Positions 40,450 to 50,574 of a DNA stretch of 64,000 nucleotides are shown in pieces. The stretch is from an uncultured delta proteobacterium (GTDB lineage Bacteria; Myxococcota_A; Polyangia; Palsa-1104): NCBI GenBank assembly GCA_963785725.1, contig CAWAWS010000002.1, positions 32,001 through 96,000 on the forward strand, read 5' to 3'. Numbering within the stretch: position 1 is the first letter of the stretch; each line of letters starts with the position of its first letter. The translations under genes and the position numbers were made by a program. Under the pieces are notes generated by a model. It saw only the letters and a list, made by a program, of their open reading frames with translations, was not told the DNA's origin and made no database searches.

Positions 40450-41666
40450 TCACGAAAGTCGCTCGTCGCACTCGTTCTCGACGATTGCTTTAGGGAGCGT
40501 GGATACGCGACCACCACAGCAGTCGAGGCAATCGGGCTGACGAGCTCGCGGCGAGGCGGCGACAGCAGCGTCTCGGGCGAAAGGCCGAGCTCCACTTGCA
40601 TGCGCGCCACGCGATCGCCGTCGATGACGTGCAGCCGCTCGCTTTGACCGAGCGCGATAGCCAGCGCCTCTTGCGTCGGCAGCGCGGGCCAGTCGTTCGT
40701 CCGCGTGTTGCGAGCGGTTCGCGAGCAGCAGCACGGCCACGGCCGGTCGCGGCCGCCTCCGCAACAGGCGCAGCGAGGTCGAGGGATCGCCGGGAAACAG
40801 CGCGCCGAACAGGCCGAGCAAGAGCGCGAGCACGAGCAGCGGCGGGACGCGAGCGTTCGCGCGTGCCATCCGCGTGCGCGGCGCGTCCGCGTCGAGCGTG
40901 ATGACGGCAGGCTGGCTCGGCGTCGTCGGCGCCGCGTCCAAGCGGGCGACGAGCGCGCGCAGCTCGGCCGCGCCCGCGTCGTCGCTGGGCGCCAGTCGTC
41001 GCAGCGCGTCCTCCGCGGCCGCGGTCGTGGCGTAGCGCGCGGCCGGATCGTGCGCCAACAGCGTGCGCGCGATGTCGTCCACGTCGGCGCCGAGCTCCGG
41101 CCGCAAGCGCGAAGGCGCCGCCACCGCGGACTCGCAGATTAGCCGGATGGTCTGCCACTCGTCGTCGCCAAGAAACAGCCGCTGGCCGGTGAGACACTCG
41201 TACAGGACGATGCCGAGCGAGAACTGATCGCTGCGGCTGTCGACCGCCATTCCGCGCGCCTGCTCCGGCGACATTTAGCGCAGCGTGCCTTGCGGAAGCA
41301 GGCCGTGCTCGTTCGTATCGATCGCGTCATCTGGCGGCGTCGGCGCGAGACTATGCGCGACGCCGAAGTCGAGCAGCTTCACCTCGCCCGCTTTCGACAG
41401 CATGACATTCGTCGGATTGACATCGCGGTGGACGAGCTGCAGCGGCTGCCCGGCGCCATCGGTGAGCGCGTGCGCGGAGCCGAGCGCGTCGGCGAGCCGC
41501 GCCGCGATGGCCAGCGCCAGCGACGGCGTCATTGGCGCGCCCGCATCCGCACAGCGCTGCAACAGCTCGCGCAAGGTCAAGCCATCGACGAATTCCAGCG
41601 CCAGGAAATATTCGCCGTCGACTTGCGCGAGCTCGTGGACGCGAACGATCGAAGGATGATGCAGCT
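40450..41666 (-). pseudogene. Ser/Thr protein kinase relic (5' truncated, in-frame stop)
   Basis: HPSIVRV, HRDVNPTN, DFG, GTLR*MSPEQ (TAA at 41275-41277 where Tyr is expected), DQFSLG. Confidence 0.8.
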
Positions 41667-41773
41667 GAAGGGTCCACCTCACGCATCGGACGGGCTGGCG
41701 TCCATCCGCATCTGAGGCATGCGTGAGGCGAACCGAGGCCAGTTGAGGATGCTCGGGGACCGCCGCAGGAAAA

Positions 41774-43492
41774 CTAGCCGGATGCCTCTTCTGTCTCGGG
41801 GGCCCGATTGGTCTCCGCCTGCTGATCCAGTTGCGCCGCGGCCCATTTTTCCTGAGATACGTCATTGGATTGCAGTGCACGCTCCATGGAGAGACTCTCT
41901 TTGTACTCACGGCATTCGGCAGTCATTGTCCAAGACGTCTGACAGCCGATTTTCTCGAGTTCCGCGCGAATTTCCCGAAGTTCGACGCGGAAGAATTCCT
42001 TCCGCGCGTTCACCTTGTTCACTTGCTTGCGCACAAACCGTTTGTGTAGTTGACGTTCAAGCGTCGGCGCGTCATTGCTGCTGATCATCGCATGGACGTC
42101 GAAATCAAAGGGGACGCTTGCATCACCCAACTCGCGGACGCGCTCATTCGGGTCAAGTCGACGGGTGAGCCCAATCTTGTAGACATGCTCCCCGAAGGAG
42201 CCGACATTTGAAATAATGTAAACGTGACCGGCCTTGGTTTGTTGCGCCATCGACAATGCGCGCTGGTTCTTTTCTTCCGCGGCGCGGAGCTTGCCACTTA
42301 GCTCGGCCAGTTGCTGTTCGTATTTCGCCTTTTGCTCGTCAGTAGCCTTGTCAACTTCACGCCTTACTTTCTCCATCGCCTTACGAAGCACCTCTTCTTC
42401 CTTCTCCGCCTCCTTTATCGCGCGTTCGTATTCCTTCTGAGCACGCTCTTCCTCTCGAATGCGCTCCCTCAGGGCGCGCTGCTCCTCTTTTTCTTTCTCT
42501 TTGAGCTCTGTCGCGGCGACGGCCCAGCGCAGCTCATCGAGGCGGACGTTGAGATACTCTGGCGTGATTCGAGCGTTTCGGAATGCAGTCCCGTTGTGGT
42601 TGACGACACTAAAGGCGTCCTTGATCTTCTGCGCGAGTGTTCCGTAGTTGTCGTCACGGACGTCCGCGAGAACCGTGTCGACCTTCCCATTGAAGGCGTC
42701 GAGCACAAATTCGATCGCCGTCGCACGACGATAGGCTTCGGCGTACTCGCACACTGCCGCAGTATGGTCTTTAATCATCTGGCGCATCCGCTCCCGCGCT
42801 AGCTTTAGCCGTTGGCCAGCGTCGGCAAAGCCGAAGTGCTCGGCCAGGTCGTCGAGCACACTATGCGTAGGAACGACATACCGGTCGCCATATCCGTCAA
42901 TGATGTTCTGCATAGCCGCGGCAGTCTGTTCGAGGGCTTTGGCCCTGTGAAGTGCCGCAAATGCGTCGCCCGCGATCTCTTCGGCCCGCTTCTTTGCGAC
43001 TTCGATGATCCGATTTGCCTCGGCACCGGCATTTGCGACCATCGAGTCGGCCTGAAGTTTTGCATTCTGCGCTGCCGTATTCGCGTGCTCGCGTAACGCG
43101 GCGGCTTCAGCCGTCGCCGCTGTGCGCGTGCTCTGTGCCTCCGCAATCAGCGCGGCGAATTGAGATCTGGCGGCCGCAATTGCGGCGTTGGCTCGCTCGC
43201 CAGCGTCGTTAAGCGTCGCAGTCGACTGTGCTGAGGCGCTCGCTGCGACATTCGCCGCACGATGTTCGGCATCCGCAACGAGTTCTGCAGCACGCCGTTC
43301 GGCATCAACTACAGTTTGGTATTTCGCGAGCGAACGTATCTGTGCATCCAGCTCCGAGCTGCGCGTCTCCGCTGCGACGCGCAGCTGTCGTTCGCGTCTC
43401 GCGGCCGCCGATACCTGAGTCGCCTTAAGCGCAATGATGACAGCGACGATGAGCGCTACGATCGCGAGCGCGGCGACGGCCACAACCATCAT
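41774..43492 (-). CDS. DUF4041 plus T5orf172/MUG113 GIY-YIG-like domain protein
   Basis: N-terminal TM and coiled coil, AFNGKVD, GHVYIISNVGSFGEHVYKIGLTRR, LGDASVPF, RKEFF. Confidence 0.88.
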   Translation of the reverse strand: MMVVAVAALAIVALIVAVIIALKATQVSAAARRERQLRVAAETRSSELDAQIRSLAKYQTVVDAERRAAELVADAEHRAANVAASASAQSTATLNDAGERANAAIAAARSQFAALIAEAQSTRTAATAEAAALREHANTAAQNAKLQADSMVANAGAEANRIIEVAKKRAEEIAGDAFAALHRAKALEQTAAAMQNIIDGYGDRYVVPTHSVLDDLAEHFGFADAGQRLKLARERMRQMIKDHTAAVCEYAEAYRRATAIEFVLDAFNGKVDTVLADVRDDNYGTLAQKIKDAFSVVNHNGTAFRNARITPEYLNVRLDELRWAVAATELKEKEKEEQRALRERIREEERAQKEYERAIKEAEKEEEVLRKAMEKVRREVDKATDEQKAKYEQQLAELSGKLRAAEEKNQRALSMAQQTKAGHVYIISNVGSFGEHVYKIGLTRRLDPNERVRELGDASVPFDFDVHAMISSNDAPTLERQLHKRFVRKQVNKVNARKEFFRVELREIRAELEKIGCQTSWTMTAECREYKESLSMERALQSNDVSQEKWAAAQLDQQAETNRAPETEEASG

Positions 43493-43782
43493 ACTTCCCC
43501 CTGATTCGTCTCAGAACAGAACGGCGGAGCTTTGCTACTTTGATCTTACCTTCGGTGTCGCCGTCGCCGCACGACAAAACTTGGTGTTGGTGGATGTAAG
43601 TGCGTCGCGCACTGCGACGATTCGCCGCATGTTGGTCATCCTCGGCGGCACGCCGGAGATAGGCCGATCTTGTTGCTGGCGCCGTCGAGCGCGCGGAGCT
43701 CGGCTTCGTAGGCGATTGACAGGTCCCGCAAACGAACCTTCGTCGAAGGCGTAGTAATGAAGCGCATGATAGCGTTGAGCCC

Positions 43783-44511
43783 ATGATTAGCCTTGATGGC
43801 AAGTCGGCACTGTTGGGCTACGTGCAGACGCTCGTTCACGTGCATCTCGGCGAAAGCGTCGACGCGTGCATTCGCGCCAGCCGCTTCGCGGCATCACCCG
43901 AGCGAGGCCGTCGTCCTCGTGAGCCGCGCTTCGCATGCGCGAGTGTGATCCATGGATTCGCGGCGCTTGAAGCCGCCACGGCAATGTTCCGATTCGAGTT
44001 ATTCGAGAACACAGAAGGCTTTCACTCATACAAAGGCAACGCTGCCGAACCGCGCGTCGCGAAGCTGCTCGAGGACTGGACGAATCGGCGCTGCTCGCTC
44101 CGGCGGCGCTGCGAGTTTCTCATGGAAGCGCGTGGCGAGAAACTCGATAGCCCGCTTGGGGAGGCCGTAATGGACGTGACCTTACTCCGTAATATGCTTG
44201 CGCACGGCTACGCAATGCCGGGACTCATGCTCTGGGACGATGCAGCGCAGCCGGAGATCGAAGTCGTGCACGACACGTCGAAGTTCGTGCGACTCTCGTT
44301 CTCCAGGCCAGATCAGCTCACCGTCGGCGATGCCCGCACCGCCCTCGAAGTCTTTCTTCGAGCAGCCCATGCCGTCACGCACGCTTTCGGACATGTTCTC
44401 GGCTTTACGAGCTATGAGGCCTACGAAGGGGGGCGCCCTCTGCACATCGGAGGCGGGGACGCCATAGAGCCGGTGGATACGATCCTCGCGGTCGTCGATA
44501 ACGTGAAGTAG
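43783..44511 (+). CDS. Hypothetical protein with possible HEPN motif
   Basis: FAALEA upstream and LLRNMLAHG (R-x4-H). Confidence 0.55.
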   Translation: MISLDGKSALLGYVQTLVHVHLGESVDACIRASRFAASPERGRRPREPRFACASVIHGFAALEAATAMFRFELFENTEGFHSYKGNAAEPRVAKLLEDWTNRRCSLRRRCEFLMEARGEKLDSPLGEAVMDVTLLRNMLAHGYAMPGLMLWDDAAQPEIEVVHDTSKFVRLSFSRPDQLTVGDARTALEVFLRAAHAVTHAFGHVLGFTSYEAYEGGRPLHIGGGDAIEPVDTILAVVDNVK

Positions 44512-44648
44512 CACCCCACCGACTGACGGGCTGGCCCGGCGCTGGATAGGGTAGTAATTTCATGGCGATGAGTCGCAGCTGACTGCAGAGCTGCAGGTAG
44601 CCGCGATCTCGGTATAATGCGGAATTCAAGCGATCGGAAGCCAAGCCA

Positions 44649-45305
44649 ATGACAGAACTTTCTCCTCAAATCGACGGCCTGTCCATAGTTCTTGTTGGGT
44701 CGTTCAACCCGCAGATATTTCAACCAGCCTGGTTCGGTAGCGCTGAGTTGATTAGGAAGCAAGAGGCTGAGGCCGCAACTATCGAATTGATTCATCCGGA
44801 AGTGTGTACGTTCAGAACCGATTGGTTTCATTTGGCAGTCACTCGCGAACGATTTGCGATCTCTACCGTCCAACAGAGTGCCTATGAACCCATGCGTGAT
44901 CTCGTGCTCGAAACATTCAAGTTGCTGAAACATACTCCGTTAACGCAGATGGGCATCAACAGGGATCGTCATTTCACAAGTCGTTCGAAGGACGAGTGGC
45001 ATGCGATTGGTCATCGACTTGCGCCGAAAGAGGTCTGGGCTCCGCTCCTAGAAAAGCCTGGCCTCTTATCCCTGGCGATTCAGGGCGAAAGAACCGACGG
45101 AAATAGAGGTAGGACTGTCGTGAAAGTAGAACCTTCTGTGCAGGTGGTTCCCGGCCTCTATGTGAATGTAAATGATCACTTCGATCCGCCGACCGATGAG
45201 ACTCAGACAACCTGTGAAGGATTGATGGGCATCTTGGCGAAGTCTTGGTCTGAGATAATGGTCAGGGCGCAATCCATATCGTCAGCTCTTGCAGTGCTCT
45301 CGTGA
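44649..45305 (+). CDS. Conserved hypothetical protein (TIGR04255-like)
   Basis: IVLVGSFNPQIFQPAWF, HTPLTQMGIN, VNVNDHF; low GC. Confidence 0.65.
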   Translation: MTELSPQIDGLSIVLVGSFNPQIFQPAWFGSAELIRKQEAEAATIELIHPEVCTFRTDWFHLAVTRERFAISTVQQSAYEPMRDLVLETFKLLKHTPLTQMGINRDRHFTSRSKDEWHAIGHRLAPKEVWAPLLEKPGLLSLAIQGERTDGNRGRTVVKVEPSVQVVPGLYVNVNDHFDPPTDETQTTCEGLMGILAKSWSEIMVRAQSISSALAVLS

Positions 45306-45892
45306 CGGTTGTGGATAGGTATGCACCGTACCAGGTTCGCGGTACTGGCACCGAGGATAGACCGGTTTTGCCCAGCACGGCGTCGAGCCCCCGCATAACC
45401 GCGAATCCTGTCCTCGTTTACATAGACGAACTGGTAGCACAGCCGGTATCGTCGCCTGCCGAACAAGCCAGTCGGGGAAGCAGAACTAGCTATCGGCCGC
45501 TCAGCGAGAAGCTCAGCCGACATTCGGTCGTCGTTAGTCCGAAGGCTGTTCAACTCGCGCAGGACCGATTTATCTCTCTGCAAAAATGGGAAGGAGTCGT
45601 GACGGCGATCGACGAGCAGACATTTTGGGCTCACCTAATCGACTTGACCCAAGGGGGAGCCGATGAAGAAGCGGAGTTGTTCGTAGACGACGTGACTGAC
45701 GATGATCGTGCACTATTGCAAATTGGCGCGGGATTTTATTGGAACATCGGATATCGCGACAATGCTCACAACGGTAACAGAATCAGGGCATCGGAAATTC
45801 GCTTTAAGCGAGTGCCGCCAGTCAGCGCTCAGGAGTATGATAGCGCATTATCTCGAGCGCGTCACCTCAGTGACCTGCTCGACTGGAAGTAA
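45302..45892 (+). CDS. Hypothetical protein
   Basis: GTGA overlap with the upstream gene; LQKWEGVV...GAGFYWNIGY...SEIRF. Confidence 0.7.
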   Translation: MTVVDRYAPYQVRGTGTEDRPVLPSTASSPRITANPVLVYIDELVAQPVSSPAEQASRGSRTSYRPLSEKLSRHSVVVSPKAVQLAQDRFISLQKWEGVVTAIDEQTFWAHLIDLTQGGADEEAELFVDDVTDDDRALLQIGAGFYWNIGYRDNAHNGNRIRASEIRFKRVPPVSAQEYDSALSRARHLSDLLDWK

Positions 45893-46978
45893 ATGGCGGA
45901 GATTCAGATCTCGGTCTTCGGACCAGGTTACGGCGAGTGCATTCTTTTGGGTCTCGGCGAAGGCTGGATCATTGTAGACTCCTGTCTGAACGAGCAAAAA
46001 CAGGCGGCGGCAATCGACTACCTGCGGTCAATCGGCAGCGATCCTGCTACTGAAGTTCTGCATGTTATCGCCACGCATTGGCATGATGATCATATTGGAG
46101 GACTGGCGGAAGTCGTGCGGGCGTGTCCGTCTGCTCAGTTCTGGTGCTCCGGAGCGCTCAAGCGTGAGGAATTTCTAGCTCTGACTCAGGTTCGACCAGC
46201 CCAGCGGTTGAAGTCCGGGGTGCAAGAATTCAGCGAAATACTGTCTATTCTTGAGACGAGAGCAAATCTCAATCAGCCGAACCATCGACCCCATTTTGCA
46301 TTCTGTGATCGCCGACTTTGGCACCGCCCGGCAACAGCAACAGTTCCTGAATGCGAAATCTTTGCGCTTTCACCATCTGACGACGCGCAGTTAGCTGGCT
46401 ACCGCGAAATTGCCGCTCTTTTGGAACAAACTAAGTTGGTGGGTGCATCCACTAAGATACCTTCTATCAACCCAAACCATGTAGCAGTCGTTCTTTGGAT
46501 TCGAGTGGGCACTGACGTCGCTTTGCTGCTCGGATCCGACCTCGAAGAGACGCGAAATCCGGCTCAGGGTTGGAGTGCAATTCTTGCGTCGAGCGGCAGG
46601 CCCAAGCAGCCCGCGTCTCTTTTTAAAGTTCCCCATCACGGCTCTAGAACCGGACACCTAGACGGTGTTTGGTCGAGTATGTTGACCGCCGAGCCAATTT
46701 CTCTGTTGACGCCATTTGTCCGCGGGAGTGTCAAACTGCCGACGACGAGCGATGCGAATCGAATTTGTTCGCTGACCCCCCACGCCTTTGTTAGTGCACA
46801 ACCGTCCCCGAAAGCCAAAAGGCGTCCTGCTCAGGTTGCGCGAACTATCCAAAATGCCGCGCGCGTTCTCCGGGCGCTTCCATCCATGGGGCAGATCATT
46901 GCTCGACGGAACGGCGACAAGTGGGCAACCGAGCTATCCGGAGGGGCGGTTGCGTTAGCTCAGTTGGCTAAGAAATAA
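45893..46978 (+). CDS. MBL-fold metallo-hydrolase (ComEC/Rec2-like)
   Basis: GYGECI, IIVDSC, THWHDDHIGG, LLGSD, KVPHHGS. Confidence 0.88.
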   Translation: MAEIQISVFGPGYGECILLGLGEGWIIVDSCLNEQKQAAAIDYLRSIGSDPATEVLHVIATHWHDDHIGGLAEVVRACPSAQFWCSGALKREEFLALTQVRPAQRLKSGVQEFSEILSILETRANLNQPNHRPHFAFCDRRLWHRPATATVPECEIFALSPSDDAQLAGYREIAALLEQTKLVGASTKIPSINPNHVAVVLWIRVGTDVALLLGSDLEETRNPAQGWSAILASSGRPKQPASLFKVPHHGSRTGHLDGVWSSMLTAEPISLLTPFVRGSVKLPTTSDANRICSLTPHAFVSAQPSPKAKRRPAQVARTIQNAARVLRALPSMGQIIARRNGDKWATELSGGAVALAQLAKK

Positions 46979-47016
46979 CTCACTAGTCAAAGCTCGTTCA
47001 TGAGTGGGATTCAAGG

Positions 47017-47448
47017 ATGCTTCTAAAGCGCATCATCGCGTTGACGGTCTTGACCGCCGCCGGCTGCTTCTCGCCGAAATACGGCGGCGGCGAATTCCAA
47101 TGCGCCGCCGCTCTCCAGACCACGACCGTGACGTTCACGGTTCGGCTCTGGCAGTCGCAAACGAGCATGGCGACCTCCGACCTGCTCTTCGTAGTGCAGG
47201 TACTAGAAGAGTTGCGGGAAGAGCTAGGCCTATCGGAATCGCTCGTCGGTTCGACGCGACCCTTCATTCTGGTCGAAGACGTCGCCGCTCACGTCATCGA
47301 TATCGGCTTCCATATCGAGCTATCCGCGAGCTTTGACGAAATCAAGGCCGCGATGGCTGCGAGAACCAACGAATATTCCGAAATTGATTGGGTCGATAAG
47401 AGCGATATCGATCAGTTTTGCAAAGCGAAGGACGTCCTCCCTGTCTAG
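47017..47448 (+). CDS. Hypothetical lipoprotein
   Basis: MLLKRIIALTVLTAAGC lipobox; AAGG upstream. Confidence 0.5.
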   Translation: MLLKRIIALTVLTAAGCFSPKYGGGEFQCAAALQTTTVTFTVRLWQSQTSMATSDLLFVVQVLEELREELGLSESLVGSTRPFILVEDVAAHVIDIGFHIELSASFDEIKAAMAARTNEYSEIDWVDKSDIDQFCKAKDVLPV

Positions 47449-47506
47449 TTAGCGCTACTAAAGGGCAACGGCTTAGCGACCGCTCGTTAGCAGAGTTGCC
47501 GCAAGA

Positions 47507-48133
47507 TCACTTCGCAGAGTGACCCGTCGACTGGAATAATTGCGAACGCACAAAGTCCGCCATGATGAGCGAATAGATCGGCTGCATGTACGTCGAGCCC
47601 TTCTTGGCCGTCCTGAAGCAGAGGTCGAGCTGATTCGTCTTCGTCTTCTCGACGATGTCTTCCATGTTCGCGTGGCTCGTGCTCTGCAGCTTAGGGAACG
47701 TCGCTATCGCGAACTGCACCTCGGGCTCGCCATTCTTCACCGACGTCCACGCCGGCCCCCCAGAGTCGGCGCCACAGCCAATGTTACCGTCGGCCTCGCC
47801 CGCTTCAGCCGTCGCCGGAAGATGGTTCTTGAGCCAATCGACAAACGCTTTCCGCTTGTGCGCAGGCTGCGGCGCGAGCTTGAAGTTCACCATGACGACT
47901 TTGCCGTCCGCGACTTCAATCGTCGCCGAATCGAACGGCGCTGACAGCGTCAACGTCTTGTCGTCATCCAGTTTGACACCAGCGCTCGCCAGCGCAGCAC
48001 TGCACGCCTGAAAGGCCGTTCCCGGCAGACAATTGGCAAGCGCCTGCGCCGACTTATTCCCCTCGGCGGCATTCACGATCGTCCCGCCTAATCCGACTAC
48101 AGCAACGATTGTCAGTCTAGCGATCACGGTCAT
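47507..48133 (-). CDS. Secreted protein, putative immunity to the CHAP amidase
   Basis: Sec signal peptide (VNA|A), four cysteines, overlaps the amidase stop, GGGA RBS. Confidence 0.6.
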   Translation of the reverse strand: MTVIARLTIVAVVGLGGTIVNAAEGNKSAQALANCLPGTAFQACSAALASAGVKLDDDKTLTLSAPFDSATIEVADGKVVMVNFKLAPQPAHKRKAFVDWLKNHLPATAEAGEADGNIGCGADSGGPAWTSVKNGEPEVQFAIATFPKLQSTSHANMEDIVEKTKTNQLDLCFRTAKKGSTYMQPIYSLIMADFVRSQLFQSTGHSAK

Positions 48134-50351
48134 TCCCCTTTTGGTGAGAAGAGCGGTCTTCGGTCTCTTTCATCCATTTGGGCTCGTCTCCGCCCGTGTC
48201 GGGAGCAGCCGCGCCACCAAGCTCGGGCGGTCGGCCCCAACCTTTGAATCCCGAGGTGACCTTACCAGAACCGTCGACGGTAATCTTGTGAACCTTCGAC
48301 GTCACTTGATCCGACGCGTTGCCCTCGACGGTCACGACGGTGACCTCGGTTTCGGTTTTGTGCACGCCGACAATGATGCCGACGTGGCCAGACTTCGCCG
48401 AATGCTCCTGCCAGAAGACGTCGCCAGCGCGGATGTCCAGCTGGCTCGTCGATTTGATAGCCTTGTCGTCGTAGTCCTGCTCTTTCCCGGCTTTTCCTTC
48501 TTGGAAGTCGCCGCCGTACTCTTTGTCTTTCTTGCCGTGCTTCCTCTTCGTGTGCTCGTCACCAGTCATCCGGTAGTAGGCACCGCCTTCGCCCTTCGCC
48601 GCCATCTGCGCCAGCCGATCGGGGACGTCGAGCGAGAACGCCAGGCTCGGCGTCTTGATGCCGGCGCGACGATAGACGTACGTCGCGAAGCTTCCGCACC
48701 ACGGAATGCCCGCGTGCGGATCCACGCCAACTTGCGCGATGTACGTCTCGATCGGCCCCAGCTCCGAGGTCTCGGTGACGCGATGGCCTTTCTTCCCCTT
48801 CGTCTCGGTAAAGGTCGCAATCTTCTGCGCGCCAGCGCGATCGTCGTTGGTGCCACCTTTGGCGCCTTCGACGTGACCTTCGTGCGCGGCCTGCGCTCCC
48901 TGCGCCGTGCGGCCGCCAGAGTCGTCTTTCATGATGTCGTCGATCGAACGCTTGTCGCCGCGATGCAGCTCGTAGTACGCGGCCGCGACGACGCCTTCGG
49001 GCGTCGCGGGAAACACCGGCACGACATGACCGTCGTGAAGAACCTGGTCGCCCGCGCCGAGCGCCTGATTCTTGCCGCCGTCGTGCGCAGCATTGCCCGC
49101 ACCGGCGAGCATCGGAGCACCGGCCGCGCCCGCCGCGTGCGGCGCCTCGGCATTGCCAGGCTTCGCGTTGCGCAGACGATCCATCAAGCCAATGGCTTGC
49201 GACGTCATTCCACCATGCGCTTGCGCGTACGCCGCCAGCTCGCCGACCGCCGCCTCCGGATCGAGCTGTCCCGCTTGAATGCGTTTCTCGAGTTCCGCCG
49301 TCTTCTGCTCTACCGTTTCGCCCGCAGCTGCACTGCTCGCGGGCGCACCTGCTGATCCATTCGCGGCTGCGTTCTTCGGCTGCCCCGCCAAGGATTCCTT
49401 GGACGCGTTTGGATGATGACCGCCATGGCCGTGGCCGTGCCCGGACCCTGCTGGCGCTTCGTGTGCGCTCGTCAGCGTCGCGTTGGCACCGCCCGCACCG
49501 CCACCGGCGGGTTTGGCCGCGCCGCCTTTGACGGCCAGCTCTTGCGCGATTGGCTGCAGCAGCTGCTTGAAAGCGCCGACTACCTGGTCGACGTGCGACT
49601 GCCAATTGGCGTCCTGCTCGCTGAGGAACGCCAGGCCGGCTTTCACAGCAGGGTTGCCTTCGACGAGCGCCGACTTGATCGCACCGTCGGCGTCGAAGAT
49701 ACGTAATCGAGCTTGGTTGACGACTTCCAGTCCGCCGTCCGAGCCGGGCAAAACGTCGGCTGCCAGAACCGGCGTCAACATCTCGTAGGCGTCGGTCAAC
49801 GGCACACGACGAACCGGCGCAGCGTCTTCCTTGTCCGTCTTGCTGGCGGGCGTCTCATCCTCAGCGGCGCCACCGCCAGCCTCACGCGCCTCGTCAGCCT
49901 CGCTCGCCTGCCCAGAAGCAGCCAGGGAGGCTGGGCTAGACGCTGGCTTCGCGCCAGCCGCCGCACCGGAACTCGGCGCCGCATCTTTTTCACCGCTGGC
50001 GGCTTCCTGTGCGCCCTCCCCGCTAGCCTGATCGACGGGAGACTTGGGCGCAGACTCTTCGGCGACTCTCGCCGTCTCCGGCCCGATCTTGCCGTCAGCT
50101 TTCAACCCATGTTCACGCTGCCAAGCGCGAACCGCATTGATCGTGAGCGGGTCGATACCGGTCGCAGCGAGAAACCTCGCCGCGAGATCTGGATGCTGGT
50201 CGCGATTGTATTTGCGTGCCGCGCGTATGGCCCTCAGCCGCTGAATCTGCTGTGGCGTGAACTTGCCGCCGACGAGGTCGCCCTCTTCGCTCGGACCCCG
50301 AGCAGCGTCATCGCCAGTCGACTTCTGCTGACCCTGAAGCCTGTCAGCCAT
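48117..50351 (-). CDS. Peptidoglycan-binding plus CHAP amidase effector-like protein
   Basis: AVRAWQREHGLKADGKIGPET (PG_binding_1); PWCGSFATYVY, GHVGIIV, TVEGN; no signal peptide. Confidence 0.82.
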   Translation of the reverse strand: MADRLQGQQKSTGDDAARGPSEEGDLVGGKFTPQQIQRLRAIRAARKYNRDQHPDLAARFLAATGIDPLTINAVRAWQREHGLKADGKIGPETARVAEESAPKSPVDQASGEGAQEAASGEKDAAPSSGAAAGAKPASSPASLAASGQASEADEAREAGGGAAEDETPASKTDKEDAAPVRRVPLTDAYEMLTPVLAADVLPGSDGGLEVVNQARLRIFDADGAIKSALVEGNPAVKAGLAFLSEQDANWQSHVDQVVGAFKQLLQPIAQELAVKGGAAKPAGGGAGGANATLTSAHEAPAGSGHGHGHGGHHPNASKESLAGQPKNAAANGSAGAPASSAAAGETVEQKTAELEKRIQAGQLDPEAAVGELAAYAQAHGGMTSQAIGLMDRLRNAKPGNAEAPHAAGAAGAPMLAGAGNAAHDGGKNQALGAGDQVLHDGHVVPVFPATPEGVVAAAYYELHRGDKRSIDDIMKDDSGGRTAQGAQAAHEGHVEGAKGGTNDDRAGAQKIATFTETKGKKGHRVTETSELGPIETYIAQVGVDPHAGIPWCGSFATYVYRRAGIKTPSLAFSLDVPDRLAQMAAKGEGGAYYRMTGDEHTKRKHGKKDKEYGGDFQEGKAGKEQDYDDKAIKSTSQLDIRAGDVFWQEHSAKSGHVGIIVGVHKTETEVTVVTVEGNASDQVTSKVHKITVDGSGKVTSGFKGWGRPPELGGAAAPDTGGDEPKWMKETEDRSSHQKGNDRDR

Positions 50352-50574
50352 GTCTCGCGCACCTAAGATTCATCACGCGTCGCCCCCTCAATGTTATCGG
50401 CAACGGCCACCAAAAGTTGCGTTTGCGAATGCCATTATCCCCTCTGCGTCCGCTCAACTCCTTCGAATACTCAGACGTAATTCGGAACGGATTTCGTCAA
50501 TAATTCTCGACAAGAATAATTCGCGACCTAATCCCGTGGCGCTGTAATCGCGACGATCCAACTCGATGCGAGCG

